This document shows, piece after piece, positions 1 to 9,182 of a DNA stretch of 64,000 nucleotides. The stretch spans positions 11,569 to 75,568 of the forward strand of contig CAYPEN010000005.1 in the NCBI GenBank assembly GCA_964409875.1, read 5' to 3'. The stretch is from an uncultured Gammaproteobacteria bacterium (GTDB taxonomy: Bacteria; Patescibacteriota; Microgenomatia; Levybacterales; GWA1-39-11). The stretch's first letter is position 1. Every line of letters begins with the position of its first letter. The notes under the pieces were generated by a model, which saw only the letters and a program-made list of their open reading frames with translations, was not told the origin of the DNA and did not search any database. A program made the position numbers and the translations under genes.

Positions 1-1
1 C

Positions 2-268
2 ATCTCCTATGAGGAGCTACTTCGGAAGGTTCAGCTCATGGGGCAGACGGTATTCAAAGATGCACTGAAGGCCGATCCTCATTTCTGGCGAGCTTGCATG
101 GACGAGTGGGGACAAGGACCTGGCTATAAAACACGAGTGGCTGGTCGAAACCAGCTTTGGTTTGAAAGTGAGTCTCGACGAAAGCTGGAGGCAGGTCTGA
201 AAGCGTTGGTATCGCGGGAATGGACCCGCGCACTGCAGAGCGTGACCGCTTTGTTGGATGCAGCCTGA
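2..268 (+). CDS. 3' end of a CDS entering from upstream of the window (unknown function)
   Basis: Frame is open from the window start (ISYEELLRKVQLMGQTVFKDALKADPHFW...) to a stop at 268. No recognisable family from this fragment. Confidence 0.25.
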   Translation: MSYEELLRKVQLMGQTVFKDALKADPHFWRACMDEWGQGPGYKTRVAGRNQLWFESESRRKLEAGLKALVSREWTRALQSVTALLDAA

Positions 269-401
269 TGACAATGCCACCGATCCATCGTCATGCGATT
301 GGCCGCATCTCGCCACATGTCTTGCACCGGGTTGAAGTACGTCGCCACAAGACAAGTGGCGATGAGCGTCATTGCTGCTGGCCTAGCGACCTGGGAGTGA
401 A

Positions 402-1379
402 TTGATGGCTTATAACAGACCTTGGAAATCGTTTCCTGATCAGCTGGAGCTGCTCAAATCTCGCGGCATGGTTGTAACTGATGACGCTGCGGCCCAAAGC
501 TATTTGGAGCGTGTCGGCTACTACCGCCTGAGCGCCTATTGGTATCCCTTTCGTGTGTTCAATATTCAGCAGGATCCGAAAACGCGGCAGCTGATTACTG
601 TGCGAACCGATCAGTTCGTGCCAGATACCCAATTTCTCGATGCCGTTGAGCTGTACCTGTTCGATAAGCAGCTGAGGCTGCTTGCGTCAGATGCACTGGA
701 GCGGATTGAAATCGCATTACGGGTAGATATCGCTTATTTGCTCGGTGCAATCGATACCTTCGCGCACCTGCATCAGAAATATTTGCATCCTGGCTTTTCC
801 GGAAAGATCGACAAGAGGTCGGGCAAAACAGCCTTCACGTTATGGCAGGACAAGTATCGCGATTTGCACTTGAGGTCGAAAGAGGATTTTGTAGAGCATT
901 ATCGGGCGAAACACGGCCCGCATCTTCCCATCTGGGTCGCCGTGGAAATTATGGATTTTGGCGCTCTGTCAAAATTGCTGTCGATGATGAAGGTACCCGA
1001 TCAGCAAAAGATTTCATCGAAATACGGGGTAGCCAACTGGCAGGTATTTCCATCCTGGCTACGGGCGATCAACTACCTACGGAATTTGGTGGCTCATCAC
1101 AGCCGTCTTTGGAATCGAAATGTTATCGATCAGCCCAAGCTACCGAAGGTAGGGGAGATTCCTTGGTGCGATGCGTTTATCGGTAAACCCGATTTGATAG
1201 CTAAGCCATTCCTTCTTTTAGCCATCACTAATCATCTGATGGCGACAATTTGTCCGAACTCGCGTTGGCCTGATCGCGTCGAAGAACTTTTGAATAAATT
1301 TCCCCAACAGGCATCCAGCCGCAAGTTGTCCATTTTCGATATGGGGGCCCCGAAAGGGTGGGAGACCTGGTGGCGCTGA
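402..1379 (+). CDS. Abi_2 / AbiD-AbiF-like abortive infection (phage resistance) protein
   Basis: 325 aa. The N-terminal YYRLSAYWYPF motif and overall length are typical of the Abi-like (PF07751) family. Stands alone between partial CDS and a terminator-like hairpin. Confidence 0.65.
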   Translation: MMAYNRPWKSFPDQLELLKSRGMVVTDDAAAQSYLERVGYYRLSAYWYPFRVFNIQQDPKTRQLITVRTDQFVPDTQFLDAVELYLFDKQLRLLASDALERIEIALRVDIAYLLGAIDTFAHLHQKYLHPGFSGKIDKRSGKTAFTLWQDKYRDLHLRSKEDFVEHYRAKHGPHLPIWVAVEIMDFGALSKLLSMMKVPDQQKISSKYGVANWQVFPSWLRAINYLRNLVAHHSRLWNRNVIDQPKLPKVGEIPWCDAFIGKPDLIAKPFLLLAITNHLMATICPNSRWPDRVEELLNKFPQQASSRKLSIFDMGAPKGWETWWR

Positions 1380-1650
1380 TGCCACAAAATAATAACCCCC
1401 GCGTAAATCCCAATGGGACCAAGAGGCGGGGGCCGTGTTAAGGGGAATTATAGAGATGTAGGTTCCTACGTCAAGCTGAGAGGCAGCAATCCGGCTTCAT
1501 TATCGACGTGAAATAATCAATTGATCAACCGCGTCCGCGGGATCTTGTGCTTTCAGCACATCGGAGGGCAGGGAGTAGCGAGTGAACTGTTAAATACCTG
1601 TACCCGTCTACGAAGTCCGCTGTCCGCACAATCCATAGTCCCTATAAACG

Positions 1651-1682
1651 AAAAACCCCGACCGAGGCCGGGGTTCTTCACC
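1651..1682. terminator. GC-rich hairpin flanked by A-run/T-run (candidate bidirectional rho-independent terminator)
   Basis: aaaaaCCCCGaccgaggcCGGGGttcttc. On the minus strand the stem is followed by TTTTTCGTTT. Lies in the intergenic region between abi and the next gene. Confidence 0.3.
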
Positions 1683-1908
1683 CTAACAGCCAGCGAACTT
1701 AATCGCTGCGTACAGGGCTGAGTTGTGCGATTAGTGTTGCGCAACATTGCGCGAAACGCAAGCCGTTTGCCATCGCCGCCCGACAGGATTCACTTAGGTA
1801 ACCATAAGCTGGCGTGTCCCCCGCCACTAGAAATCTGCACTGTTTACCTTGTAACCGTCTGAAAAAAAGTGGATTATTTCTGTAAATAGTGTCACGTAAC
1901 ACACAATT

Positions 1909-2487
1909 ATGCGCAAATCAGGCTCCCTCAAACACTTTCTGCCGGACCTCAGCGAGAGGGAAGCGGATGCCATTCGAATCACAGCCAACCCGGCGGACCT
2001 GGTCGAGCTGGTCGGAAGCCTTCGCAGCAAGGGCGTGCCCACCGAAAAGCTGGCGCGCGCCCGCAGCTGCAAGCCGTACGAAATCCGGCATCTGATGCGC
2101 CTGCAAGCCCGTTTGTCAGATCCATGCAAGGAATTCCTGCGGAAAGGCCGCATCTCCCTCGGCCACGCCCGCGCCTTGGCATCCCTGCCCAAAACCGAGC
2201 AAGTCGGGCTGGCCTATGAGTGCATCGACGCCCAATGGTCGGTACGCGCGCTGGAAAGCCGCATACGAGGCGATCAGCACGACGATCACCCCACCGCCAA
2301 ACCCACTGAATGGGCTGCGCATTACGAACGCATTGCTCAGGTTGCAGGTGACCAGCTCGGGTATCCCTGCCGCTTTCAGCTCGACAAGGGCAACGAGCGC
2401 GCGGGGGAGCTATCGCTGCGTTTCACCAGCCTTGCCGAGCTGGATGGCATTTTGCGACGCCTGCGCATTCGCCTCGACGACGATTAG
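1909..2487 (+). CDS. ParB/KorB-type HTH domain protein (lacks an obvious N-terminal ParB nuclease domain)
   Basis: 192 aa. The segment TEKLARARSCKPYEIRHLMRLQARL...ISLGHARALASLPKTEQ matches the conserved ParB HTH/'GHARAL' region. Confidence 0.4.
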   Translation: MRKSGSLKHFLPDLSEREADAIRITANPADLVELVGSLRSKGVPTEKLARARSCKPYEIRHLMRLQARLSDPCKEFLRKGRISLGHARALASLPKTEQVGLAYECIDAQWSVRALESRIRGDQHDDHPTAKPTEWAAHYERIAQVAGDQLGYPCRFQLDKGNERAGELSLRFTSLAELDGILRRLRIRLDDD

Positions 2488-3530
2488 CGCTCCGGCCCCT
2501 TGTCCTTGCCGCGTTGCGTGGAAGGCAACCGTTCCGCCAGCTGGTCGCGCAACTGCTCGGCGATTTCCTCCCTTTGGGTCTTAACCGGCGGCATCTTCGC
2601 AACGAAATCGCGAATCCGCGCTGAAAGCTGCTTATCCGCCGCCCCAGGCGAGCTCTCCAGCGACTTTGCGGCCTCCAGCCATGTCGCACGCACCATTTTT
2701 TGCTGCGTGCGTATAGCAGCCTCCCAGGGTCGCTCGGCGGGCATAGTCTTACCCATTACTTCGGCCGCGACTTCCTTGACCGTCGATTCTGCGCGCAGCG
2801 TGCGCGGATTGCGTTTTTCCGCGTGATGAAGCGGTTGTTTGGTGGCTTTCTTAATGACGCCGCGTGCGCGCCGCGGGGTCGATTCGCAGTCAATGCCTTG
2901 TTCGCGCAACCGCTCCGCGAAAACATCGCGCCAACGCTGCAAATCCGCCTTACGTGGATTCAGACGCCGGCCGTCAAAACCAAAGGATTTCACGACCACG
3001 TGAACGTGCGGATTCGGGGAAGGCTTATCGCTCGGATCGGTCTCGAAGGTGTGTAACACCATCACGTATTCGTGGTTCTCGGCGAACTCCGATTTGGCCA
3101 GCTGCCGCGCTGCCTGTAAAACCGATTGTGGATCGGTGGAAGCGGGCATGGATAAAACGATGTTCACGGTGTCGCGGGTGCTTTGCTTCCGCTTGCCTAA
3201 CTCTGCATTCCAATCGTTTGCAAAGGCGGCGATCGCTTCCTTTCCGCTAATCGCCTCGCCCCGATCATTCTCGGCGAGCAGCTCGCCGTCGCGGGATATG
3301 TACTGCATCAGCCGTCGTAAATGCTTGGCGCCGCGGGCGTGGCCCGTGACCTTCACCAGAACTTCGGGCGCCCCGGCCACAATCCGCTGCACCTGGCTCT
3401 TGCGGGGCACAATCCGAATATCCTTGAGCCTGCTCTTTTTCGGTTTGCTCGGTGCCCGAAACAGCGGCTCGAAGCCTTTCTCGAAATCAAATAGCCCCGC
3501 CATGGGAAGCGCTCCTTCGATTAACTCCAT
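2484..3530 (-). CDS. mobA: Mobilisation relaxase (MobA/VirD2-like relaxase/mobilisation nuclease domain)
   Basis: 348 aa. Histidine-triad-like motif NPHVHVVV (relaxase motif III) lies in the N-terminal half. Overlaps and is co-directional with an upstream MobC-family gene. Confidence 0.7.
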   Translation of the reverse strand: MELIEGALPMAGLFDFEKGFEPLFRAPSKPKKSRLKDIRIVPRKSQVQRIVAGAPEVLVKVTGHARGAKHLRRLMQYISRDGELLAENDRGEAISGKEAIAAFANDWNAELGKRKQSTRDTVNIVLSMPASTDPQSVLQAARQLAKSEFAENHEYVMVLHTFETDPSDKPSPNPHVHVVVKSFGFDGRRLNPRKADLQRWRDVFAERLREQGIDCESTPRRARGVIKKATKQPLHHAEKRNPRTLRAESTVKEVAAEVMGKTMPAERPWEAAIRTQQKMVRATWLEAAKSLESSPGAADKQLSARIRDFVAKMPPVKTQREEIAEQLRDQLAERLPSTQRGKDKGPER

Positions 3531-4060
3531 TTGGTGACGCTGCTGGCAAGCAGCGCCGAGACCTTTTCCGTGTGTTCCTTGATGTCAGCGGCAAGCCTGA
3601 CCACGTGCTCACGCTTTAACTTCTCGGCCTCTCGCCATTCGATATTGGTGAGCCGGGCTATTTGGTTCAGGTTTCGGCCGATGGCCTGAAGTTGGCGCGT
3701 GCTTTCGCGAAGGGCGGCAATTTCCTCGCGGTTCAGTGTCTGCCCGGATTTCAGCCGCCCGCGGATCAATCGTGTTACCCAGGTCGCGGGCTTCATGCCC
3801 TCCTCGTTCGCCATCGCTTTGAGCAGCGCAAACTCTTGCGGCTTCAGCCGCGCAGTCACCTTTTCAGTGGCGGTATCGGTGGGTTCGATCGCGGTGGTCT
3901 CAGCATCTACGCCGATCGTTTCGCCGTTGGATTTCAATAGCTGCTGCAACACCAGGTTGAGCAATCCGGATTGCTTGCGGCCCAGTTTGACCGCGAGTCG
4001 CCCGAGTTTTGTTTTCGTCTCTTCGTCTGTCCAGAAAGTGATTGTTGCCATGTTGAACAC
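3521..4060 (-). CDS. mobC: MobC-family relaxosome accessory protein
   Basis: 179 aa. Carries the ...NLNQIARLTN... motif characteristic of bacterial mobilisation protein MobC. Immediately upstream of, and overlapping, the relaxase gene. Confidence 0.7.
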   Translation of the reverse strand: MFNMATITFWTDEETKTKLGRLAVKLGRKQSGLLNLVLQQLLKSNGETIGVDAETTAIEPTDTATEKVTARLKPQEFALLKAMANEEGMKPATWVTRLIRGRLKSGQTLNREEIAALRESTRQLQAIGRNLNQIARLTNIEWREAEKLKREHVVRLAADIKEHTEKVSALLASSVTKWS

Positions 4061-4136
4061 GGGCTTCGAGGAGGAGAAACCACCCTAACCTGTTAGGTTG
4101 CTGGCGGCAAGCCTATCCTGCCATTGTTTTCTACTC

Positions 4137-4400
4137 CTCGAACTTGTTCATCATGTTGAACTTTCTGCTAGTTAGGTGGGTGGGTGTCTGGAGGGAAGTC
4201 GAAGCGTGCAAAGCGCTCCGGCCGCGAACAAATCCGCTCGGCTTCCTTGCCTCGCTTGTGCCAATTCATGTCGAGCAACGTGGCCGGCCCGGCGAAGCAA
4301 AAGGCGTCCAGCCTTCTGCTTCGCCGGGCTCACCGCTTCAGTGCAATCGTCGTCCACTCTTCAGGCTGATCTCGCAGAAGTTCAACATGTTGAACTTTTA
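4137..4400. promoter_or_regulatory. Palindrome-rich region between mobC and parB1: candidate oriT and/or parS centromere
   Basis: Perfect 16-bp palindrome GTTCAACATGTTGAAC at 4380-4395 and a near-copy GTTCATCATGTTGAAC at 4146-4161 in inverted context (gcagaaaGTTCAAC... / gcagaaGTTCAAC...). A third half-site (catgttgaac) overlaps the mobC start at 4049-4058. Confidence 0.45.
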
Positions 4401-5405
4401 CCCCTCACCTTCCACGATCGCCTGAATGGCCACGGCCAGCAACGGCACTTCCAACGTCTCGCCGCTCGATAGCACTCGGATCCACCCTCGCCCGTATCGC
4501 GCCCGCCTTTGCAGCTCCAAATACGCGAGCTGGCCTTCGTAGGTCACTTCCAAGAGTGGTCTTCTAAGTTGGTCATCGGTTGTGCCAGCTGCCACAGTCG
4601 GAGTCACCGCGCTGCTGCCGTCAGCATTCCTGAGGGTTTCATCCAGAAGCGCAGTTTTTTGCTTCGCTGCGCCTTCCTCACCGGCAGCAATTGGCCCCTT
4701 CTGCCGTGGCAAAAGCTCCCTTTCTTGACCGACTTTTTCTTCCAGCGCGGCAACATCACGGCGAGCAATTGGCGCACCACGCTTACACAAGTTCTCAACC
4801 TCAACCGGCGCCTTCTTACTCAGCTGAATCAGGCTGTAAAGCGTCGCTACCTCGGTACACAGACCTGCCGCATAGACCTCCGCTATGTAGTCAGGCCATG
4901 ACAGCAGCGCACCGTGCATGGAAATGTAAGATTTCGATTTCCCCAATCGCTCGGCAATGAATTTGTCCTTGTCGCCGGCGCCCCTTCGCTTCTCAATGAA
5001 GCGGGCAATTTCCAAGGCGGTGAGATTGTTCCGCTGGATGTTCTCGACAACTTGCGCGAAATCGTCATGGCTGTCGTCGATAAACCCCGGAATCGTTGCC
5101 TTTCCGGCAAGAATACTGGCCCGGTAGCGCCGCGCACCGTGGTTGATCGTGTACTTCCCGCGCGCGTTCTTCGGTTTCACGGAAATGGGCACGCGCACTT
5201 TGTCGGCCTTGATCGACTCGGCTAACTCCCGCAAGGCATCTTCATCGAACGTCTGGCGCGGCTGATCAGGATCCTCCTCGATCGCGCCGAGACTGAACTC
5301 CATAGGTGCCCCAGTGGCCGCCGGAACTACCTGGGGTGCCCCAGCTTTCAGCAAATCTGAAAAGCCACTTTCCAAGGCAGATAAATCAAGCTCTGATCCG
5401 TTCAC
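4398..5405 (-). CDS. parB: ParB/KorB-family partition protein
   Basis: 335 aa. ParB-box-like motif (INHGARRYRAS), HTH (LTALEIARFI) and ...KSYISMHGALL. 4-nt overlap with the upstream parA. Confidence 0.8.
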   Translation of the reverse strand: MNGSELDLSALESGFSDLLKAGAPQVVPAATGAPMEFSLGAIEEDPDQPRQTFDEDALRELAESIKADKVRVPISVKPKNARGKYTINHGARRYRASILAGKATIPGFIDDSHDDFAQVVENIQRNNLTALEIARFIEKRRGAGDKDKFIAERLGKSKSYISMHGALLSWPDYIAEVYAAGLCTEVATLYSLIQLSKKAPVEVENLCKRGAPIARRDVAALEEKVGQERELLPRQKGPIAAGEEGAAKQKTALLDETLRNADGSSAVTPTVAAGTTDDQLRRPLLEVTYEGQLAYLELQRRARYGRGWIRVLSSGETLEVPLLAVAIQAIVEGEG

Positions 5406-6157
5406 GCTGCTTCTCCCATCCGTTGAAAAATCAGATCAATGGCCGCCTTAAACTCGGTGCCAGCCTCTCTCGCTGCCGTCTTTTTCAACTTCCACACGGG
5501 TATTCCAGCGGCCAGGGCTTCGGGGATACCCGAACGTATCCCAATCTTCGCCGGAATCATGTACTGCGCAAATTGCTTCAGTAATTGGGCGAGCGCAGCC
5601 TTTTGTCGCACGCTGTTAGGGTTGAATTTGTTCGGCAACATGCCCAGGAAATTGAGGTTTGCGTTGTATTTCTGCTTCACGCCAATAATGGTTTTCAGCA
5701 GCTTCTCAATGCCGTCGAGACTGTATTCCTCAAGCTCAATCGGTGCCAGAACGTGATCAGTCACGATGAACGCCGCGGTCATTCGCAGGCCCATTGTGGG
5801 CGGTGTATCGATAATGCAGATATCGAAGGCAGCTTTGTCCAGGTTCTGTAACTGACCGGCGAAAACCCCAATCACCCTGTTTTCCGCACGCTCGATATCG
5901 ACCATCTTTGCATCTGCCGCGATCAGCGTAATTCCGTCTTTGCCGCCCAGAATCACAGGCGCTGCCTCGAAGAGCTGGCTGGCAACGATCCCGCTGGAAT
6001 GCACCCCGAGAGTTTTGCTGCTGTTCCCCTGCGGGTCGATATCGATGTACAGGACGCGCTTGCCCGTTTCGACAAAACGGTAAGCCAGATGCACCCCGAT
6101 GGTGGTCTTCCCTACCCCGCCTTTTTGGTTCGCTATCACTAGCTTTTTCATGGCCAA
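5402..6157 (-). CDS. parA: ParA/IncC-family partition ATPase
   Basis: 251 aa. Deviant Walker A KGGVGKTT directly after the N-terminus, plus DIDPQGN. Confidence 0.85.
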   Translation of the reverse strand: MAMKKLVIANQKGGVGKTTIGVHLAYRFVETGKRVLYIDIDPQGNSSKTLGVHSSGIVASQLFEAAPVILGGKDGITLIAADAKMVDIERAENRVIGVFAGQLQNLDKAAFDICIIDTPPTMGLRMTAAFIVTDHVLAPIELEEYSLDGIEKLLKTIIGVKQKYNANLNFLGMLPNKFNPNSVRQKAALAQLLKQFAQYMIPAKIGIRSGIPEALAAGIPVWKLKKTAAREAGTEFKAAIDLIFQRMGEAA

Positions 6158-6339
6158 CGCCCCTGTTGTGGTGCCAACTCCGGTGGTAATCCCTAATTTC
6201 TAAGCTATTTGATTTGCTAGTCAGATGTAGCTGCTGCCATTAACAAGTTAACAATTCTGTTAGTGGTATTAAGTTATCTAGAGTTAGGAAGTTAAACCGT
6301 TACGGGTTCGCAAGTCCTTGAATTGATGGCTCCGATTGA

Positions 6340-6715
6340 CCCACTTGGTGGGTAAAAGCACGAGGATCGGTGGGCAATCCGCCGATAGCGGGTGGCCAAA
6401 CGACCGAAACTGCGTGGGTGAAACCACGTTAGCCTGGTGGGCAATAACACGTGGCGAACGTGTTTAAAAACACGGCGTAATTCATGCACTTATCCACAAC
6501 GTTCCGAGCTTTCCTCCACAGCCAGCAATGGCGTGGGCAATAGCACGAAGTGACGGCCACGATCATGCGTGGCTCAGACAGATCAAAATTCAGTGTTTTT
6601 AACCCTCCGAAGAGCAGATTCCGACCGCAGAATCCTATCGACATCGGGAACACGGGCGTGAGCAGAGTCAACGAGTGGGTAAAACCACGAAATAGCGTGG
6701 GCAAAAACACGATAT
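6340..6715. repeat. oriV: eight ~16-bp iterons (consensus GYGGGYAAAANCACG) at 21-23-bp spacing, with DnaA box and AT-rich tract
   Basis: Iterons at 6347, 6369, 6390, 6413, 6436 (tandem, 21-23-bp phasing), 6532, 6674 and 6696. Sits directly downstream of the rep gene. Confidence 0.75.
6490..6498 (+). promoter_or_regulatory. Consensus DnaA box TTATCCACA inside the iteron origin
   Basis: Exact 9-mer TTATCCACA. Lies next to the AT-rich near-palindrome GTGTTTAAAAACAC (6461-6474), between the iteron blocks. Confidence 0.55.
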
Positions 6716-6717
6716 TT

Positions 6718-7608
6718 CTAGACCATAATTTTAAGCAGATATTCTTTGAGTTTTCCGTCGGGATCGTACTCGACCACGAGTTTCTCGGGGATACCCGATT
6801 TACCCTTGGGCTGGTAATCCAACGCGTATTCGGGCACTGGCTGGGTGGCAGCCATTTTCTTCAGCGTGCGCCGGAACTCGCGCAGCTCGCCGCGAGTGCC
6901 GAACTTGTCGTACAGCTTCTCAACGCTGATCTCCCAGATGGGCTGTCGACCACAGTGCTTGCGGCAGATTTCATACATGCGCCGCTCATTGGGTGAGCTC
7001 AGCTGAAAGTAATCGCGGGAATAGGTCAGTAGCCGCCGGTCGGAGATGGCGTTGTAGAGCCGCTCAGCAATGGTGACTTCGATGCTGGTCATACGACCGT
7101 TGGCCATATTGACCTCGGCATCGTCGATCAGTCCGAACACCACGCCGCGCTGATTCAGCTCGCCGTTGGCGCTCACATTGCTTTTGAACGTGGTGCCGCG
7201 CAGCCGCGCCAGGGTGTCGTGGATGCGCCGGTACTCGCGGCCCGATGTATCGCGGCCGGTGGCCGTCATGTAGTCGTAAGCGTTCAGCCGCACCCGCCGC
7301 CCCGTCTTGCGGCCACGGTTCATCGCTTCGGCCAGCTGTGAAATGCAGTAGATCAGCAAGTCTTTATCAAAGATGGTCGCCCGCCCGGCTGAGGATGGCA
7401 GGATTTCTATCCAGGCCCCGCTGACCGGGTTCTCGTAGCGAAAGGTCTCGGTGTCCGGATGCTTGGACAGAGCGAAGATGGGATATTCCATCGAGGTGAG
7501 GTCAGACTTCGGTGAAACGTCGATCAGCTCGGCGACGAACAGATCCAGCTGATCGGGAGCGCTGATAGCCGCCTCCCCTACCGTCTCCAGCAATTTTCCT
7601 TTTGCCAT
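6718..7608 (-). CDS. repA: Plasmid replication initiator protein (RepA / 'replication initiator protein A'-like)
   Basis: 296 aa. N-terminal DLFVAELIDVSPKSDLTSMEYPIFALSK is typical of RPA-type plasmid initiators. Gene abuts the iteron array. Confidence 0.65.
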   Translation of the reverse strand: MAKGKLLETVGEAAISAPDQLDLFVAELIDVSPKSDLTSMEYPIFALSKHPDTETFRYENPVSGAWIEILPSSAGRATIFDKDLLIYCISQLAEAMNRGRKTGRRVRLNAYDYMTATGRDTSGREYRRIHDTLARLRGTTFKSNVSANGELNQRGVVFGLIDDAEVNMANGRMTSIEVTIAERLYNAISDRRLLTYSRDYFQLSSPNERRMYEICRKHCGRQPIWEISVEKLYDKFGTRGELREFRRTLKKMAATQPVPEYALDYQPKGKSGIPEKLVVEYDPDGKLKEYLLKIMV

Positions 7609-8016
7609 CTAGGTGCTCCCGGTGTCCCCCAGGGGGACAGGTCTGATGAATTGCCGCCCGGCCGCTGCCAGTACGGCCTGGGTGATCGCTGTGCGCACGA
7701 TCGAACTGCGATCGATGATGCGCTCCGCCGACGTTAGCTGCTCGGCCAGCGCATTGATCTGAGCGACCAGCTGCGAGTCCATCGCCAACGGCAACGTGAC
7801 GGTCTTGCCGTCATAGAACTCTTCGCGCACCAAGTCTTCGCAGTCCGGATGGGCAAGCAGTGCTTCGCACGCATTGGCTATCCAGTTGCTGCGGCGCTTC
7901 AGTGACCATTCCTGCGCCACCATCGCCTGCTCCAGTGCGTCTTTCATACCGGCGGGCAGCCGAATGCTGGACCGAACCAGCGTTGCTCTCGGTGGCGGCG
8001 TGAACTTCTTAACCAT
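7609..8016 (-). CDS. Hypothetical small protein translationally coupled to rep (possible regulator)
   Basis: 135 aa. Its stop TAG is immediately followed by the rep ATG, and it overlaps parB2 by 8 nt. The TGTCCCCCAGGGGGACA palindrome sits in its last codons. Confidence 0.4.
   Translation of the reverse strand: MVKKFTPPPRATLVRSSIRLPAGMKDALEQAMVAQEWSLKRRSNWIANACEALLAHPDCEDLVREEFYDGKTVTLPLAMDSQLVAQINALAEQLTSAERIIDRSSIVRTAITQAVLAAAGRQFIRPVPLGDTGST
7613..7629. promoter_or_regulatory. Operator/parS-like palindrome TGTCCCCCAGGGGGACA (copy 1, 11 bp upstream of rep start)
   Basis: Perfect 17-bp palindrome. One of three copies of the same motif in the backbone. Confidence 0.5.
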
Positions 8017-9067
8017 CGACCTTCAACTCATCGATACGCGCCAGCAATACCTCGAAAGCGCGGTTCAGATCTTTCTGCCGGCTCAGGTCGAGCCCATCGA
8101 GCTCGGCGGTCAGGGCTTCGTCGTCTAGCTTCTCGGCGGCGGCCTTGATCAAGTAGGAAACCGCCCGGTAGTCCTTGGCCCGACCGACCCGCAGTGACGA
8201 CCCGGCACCCTGCGCGCTCTTGCTGACAGGTTTTTGCGGACCCAGCAGCTCTTTGATTTCGGCCACAGACAGCACCGCGATTTGGGCGGCGCGCTTGATA
8301 TTAGTTACCTGCCCCGCTTCAATCGCTTCGATCAACAGCGGCGAGGGGCAACGAATCACCGCCAGGTAGCGTTGGGCCACCGAGCGCGGCAGGCCGGACA
8401 ACGTCGCGAACTGGTTGACGCTGATCGCCTGCACACCCTTCCCGCTCTTCCAGGCCTCCATCAGCTGCCGCAGGTTGTCGATCTTCTCGAACAGCGACAA
8501 GTCGTCGCGATGGATATTCTCTTCCCACTGCAGCAGGTATTTTTCCAGCGCTGACGGCGCGGCCTCGCGAATGCGTGCGTCGATCATTGGCTCGCCCAAC
8601 AGCAGGTGCGCGAGCAACCGCCGTTCGCCGGCAATCAGATTGAACTGGGAGTCGTTCTGCCAGACCACGATCGGATGCAGTAACCGGTCGGCGCTTTTCA
8701 GTGCGAAGGCAAAGGCCGCAATTGATTGCAGATCCCCTACTGCCTTCCCGGAGAGTCCGCCATCGGCCTCGATCTGCTCAAGGTATTCGTCAAGGTAGGC
8801 GTCGTCGTCGCGGTTGAGCCGCTCGCGATCGATGGGAAAGCGCTGCGCCAGCGCGCCGATGTCGTCGGCGCTAAGTGCGAGCTTGCGTGGATTCAGCGCG
8901 TCTTCACGGATGTATTTCACCGGAATCCGCTTGACGTTGAGCGCCACCACTCCGCCCGCGGCCTTGATCTGCTCGGCGGCGCTCGTGGTCCAGCGCAGAG
9001 AACTTGATGCCGACTCGTCCACAGTGCCGGTACCGGCGCGTTTGGCGCCAAATTTCTTCACAGCCAT
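8009..9067 (-). CDS. parB: ParB/KorB-family protein (second partition/regulatory ParB)
   Basis: 352 aa. ParB box LIAGERRLLA followed by an HTH region. Confidence 0.75.
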   Translation of the reverse strand: MAVKKFGAKRAGTGTVDESASSSLRWTTSAAEQIKAAGGVVALNVKRIPVKYIREDALNPRKLALSADDIGALAQRFPIDRERLNRDDDAYLDEYLEQIEADGGLSGKAVGDLQSIAAFAFALKSADRLLHPIVVWQNDSQFNLIAGERRLLAHLLLGEPMIDARIREAAPSALEKYLLQWEENIHRDDLSLFEKIDNLRQLMEAWKSGKGVQAISVNQFATLSGLPRSVAQRYLAVIRCPSPLLIEAIEAGQVTNIKRAAQIAVLSVAEIKELLGPQKPVSKSAQGAGSSLRVGRAKDYRAVSYLIKAAAEKLDDEALTAELDGLDLSRQKDLNRAFEVLLARIDELKVDG

Positions 9068-9081
9068 TGGAATCCTCGCAG

Positions 9082-9102
9082 GGTGTCCCCCTGGGGGACA
9101 CC
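9082..9102. promoter_or_regulatory. Operator/parS-like palindrome GGTGTCCCCCTGGGGGACACC (copy 2, 15 bp upstream of parB2 start)
   Basis: Perfect 21-bp palindrome. Confidence 0.5.
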
Positions 9103-9182
9103 GGTTGAATCAGAGTCAGTTATGGGAGACACCAGTGCGATTGCGCGACTCCACGCAGAGAGCTCGAACGATCGTCGCTTAT

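Noticed and set aside
1400-1900. Possible small RNA or tRNA in the 500-bp gap after the abi gene
   Set aside because: No cloverleaf-compatible structure or conserved tRNA boxes were recognisable by eye. Only a terminator-like hairpin and a TTGCGCAA palindrome were seen.
4172-4472. Several 60-100-aa ORFs on both strands in the mobC-parB1 intergenic region
   Set aside because: They overlap one another and the palindromic oriT/parS-like region, with Arg/Ala-rich composition. They are more likely non-coding regulatory DNA.
6340-6715. Regularly spaced short repeats that could superficially resemble a CRISPR array
   Set aside because: Repeats are only ~16 bp with ~6-bp 'spacers' at 21-23-bp phasing, they are degenerate, and they lie next to a rep gene and a DnaA box. 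This is an iteron origin, not a CRISPR array, and there are no cas genes.
8234-8798. Plus-strand ORFs of 106-127 aa within parB2
   Set aside because: They are antisense to a ParB-box-containing gene, with no supporting signals.
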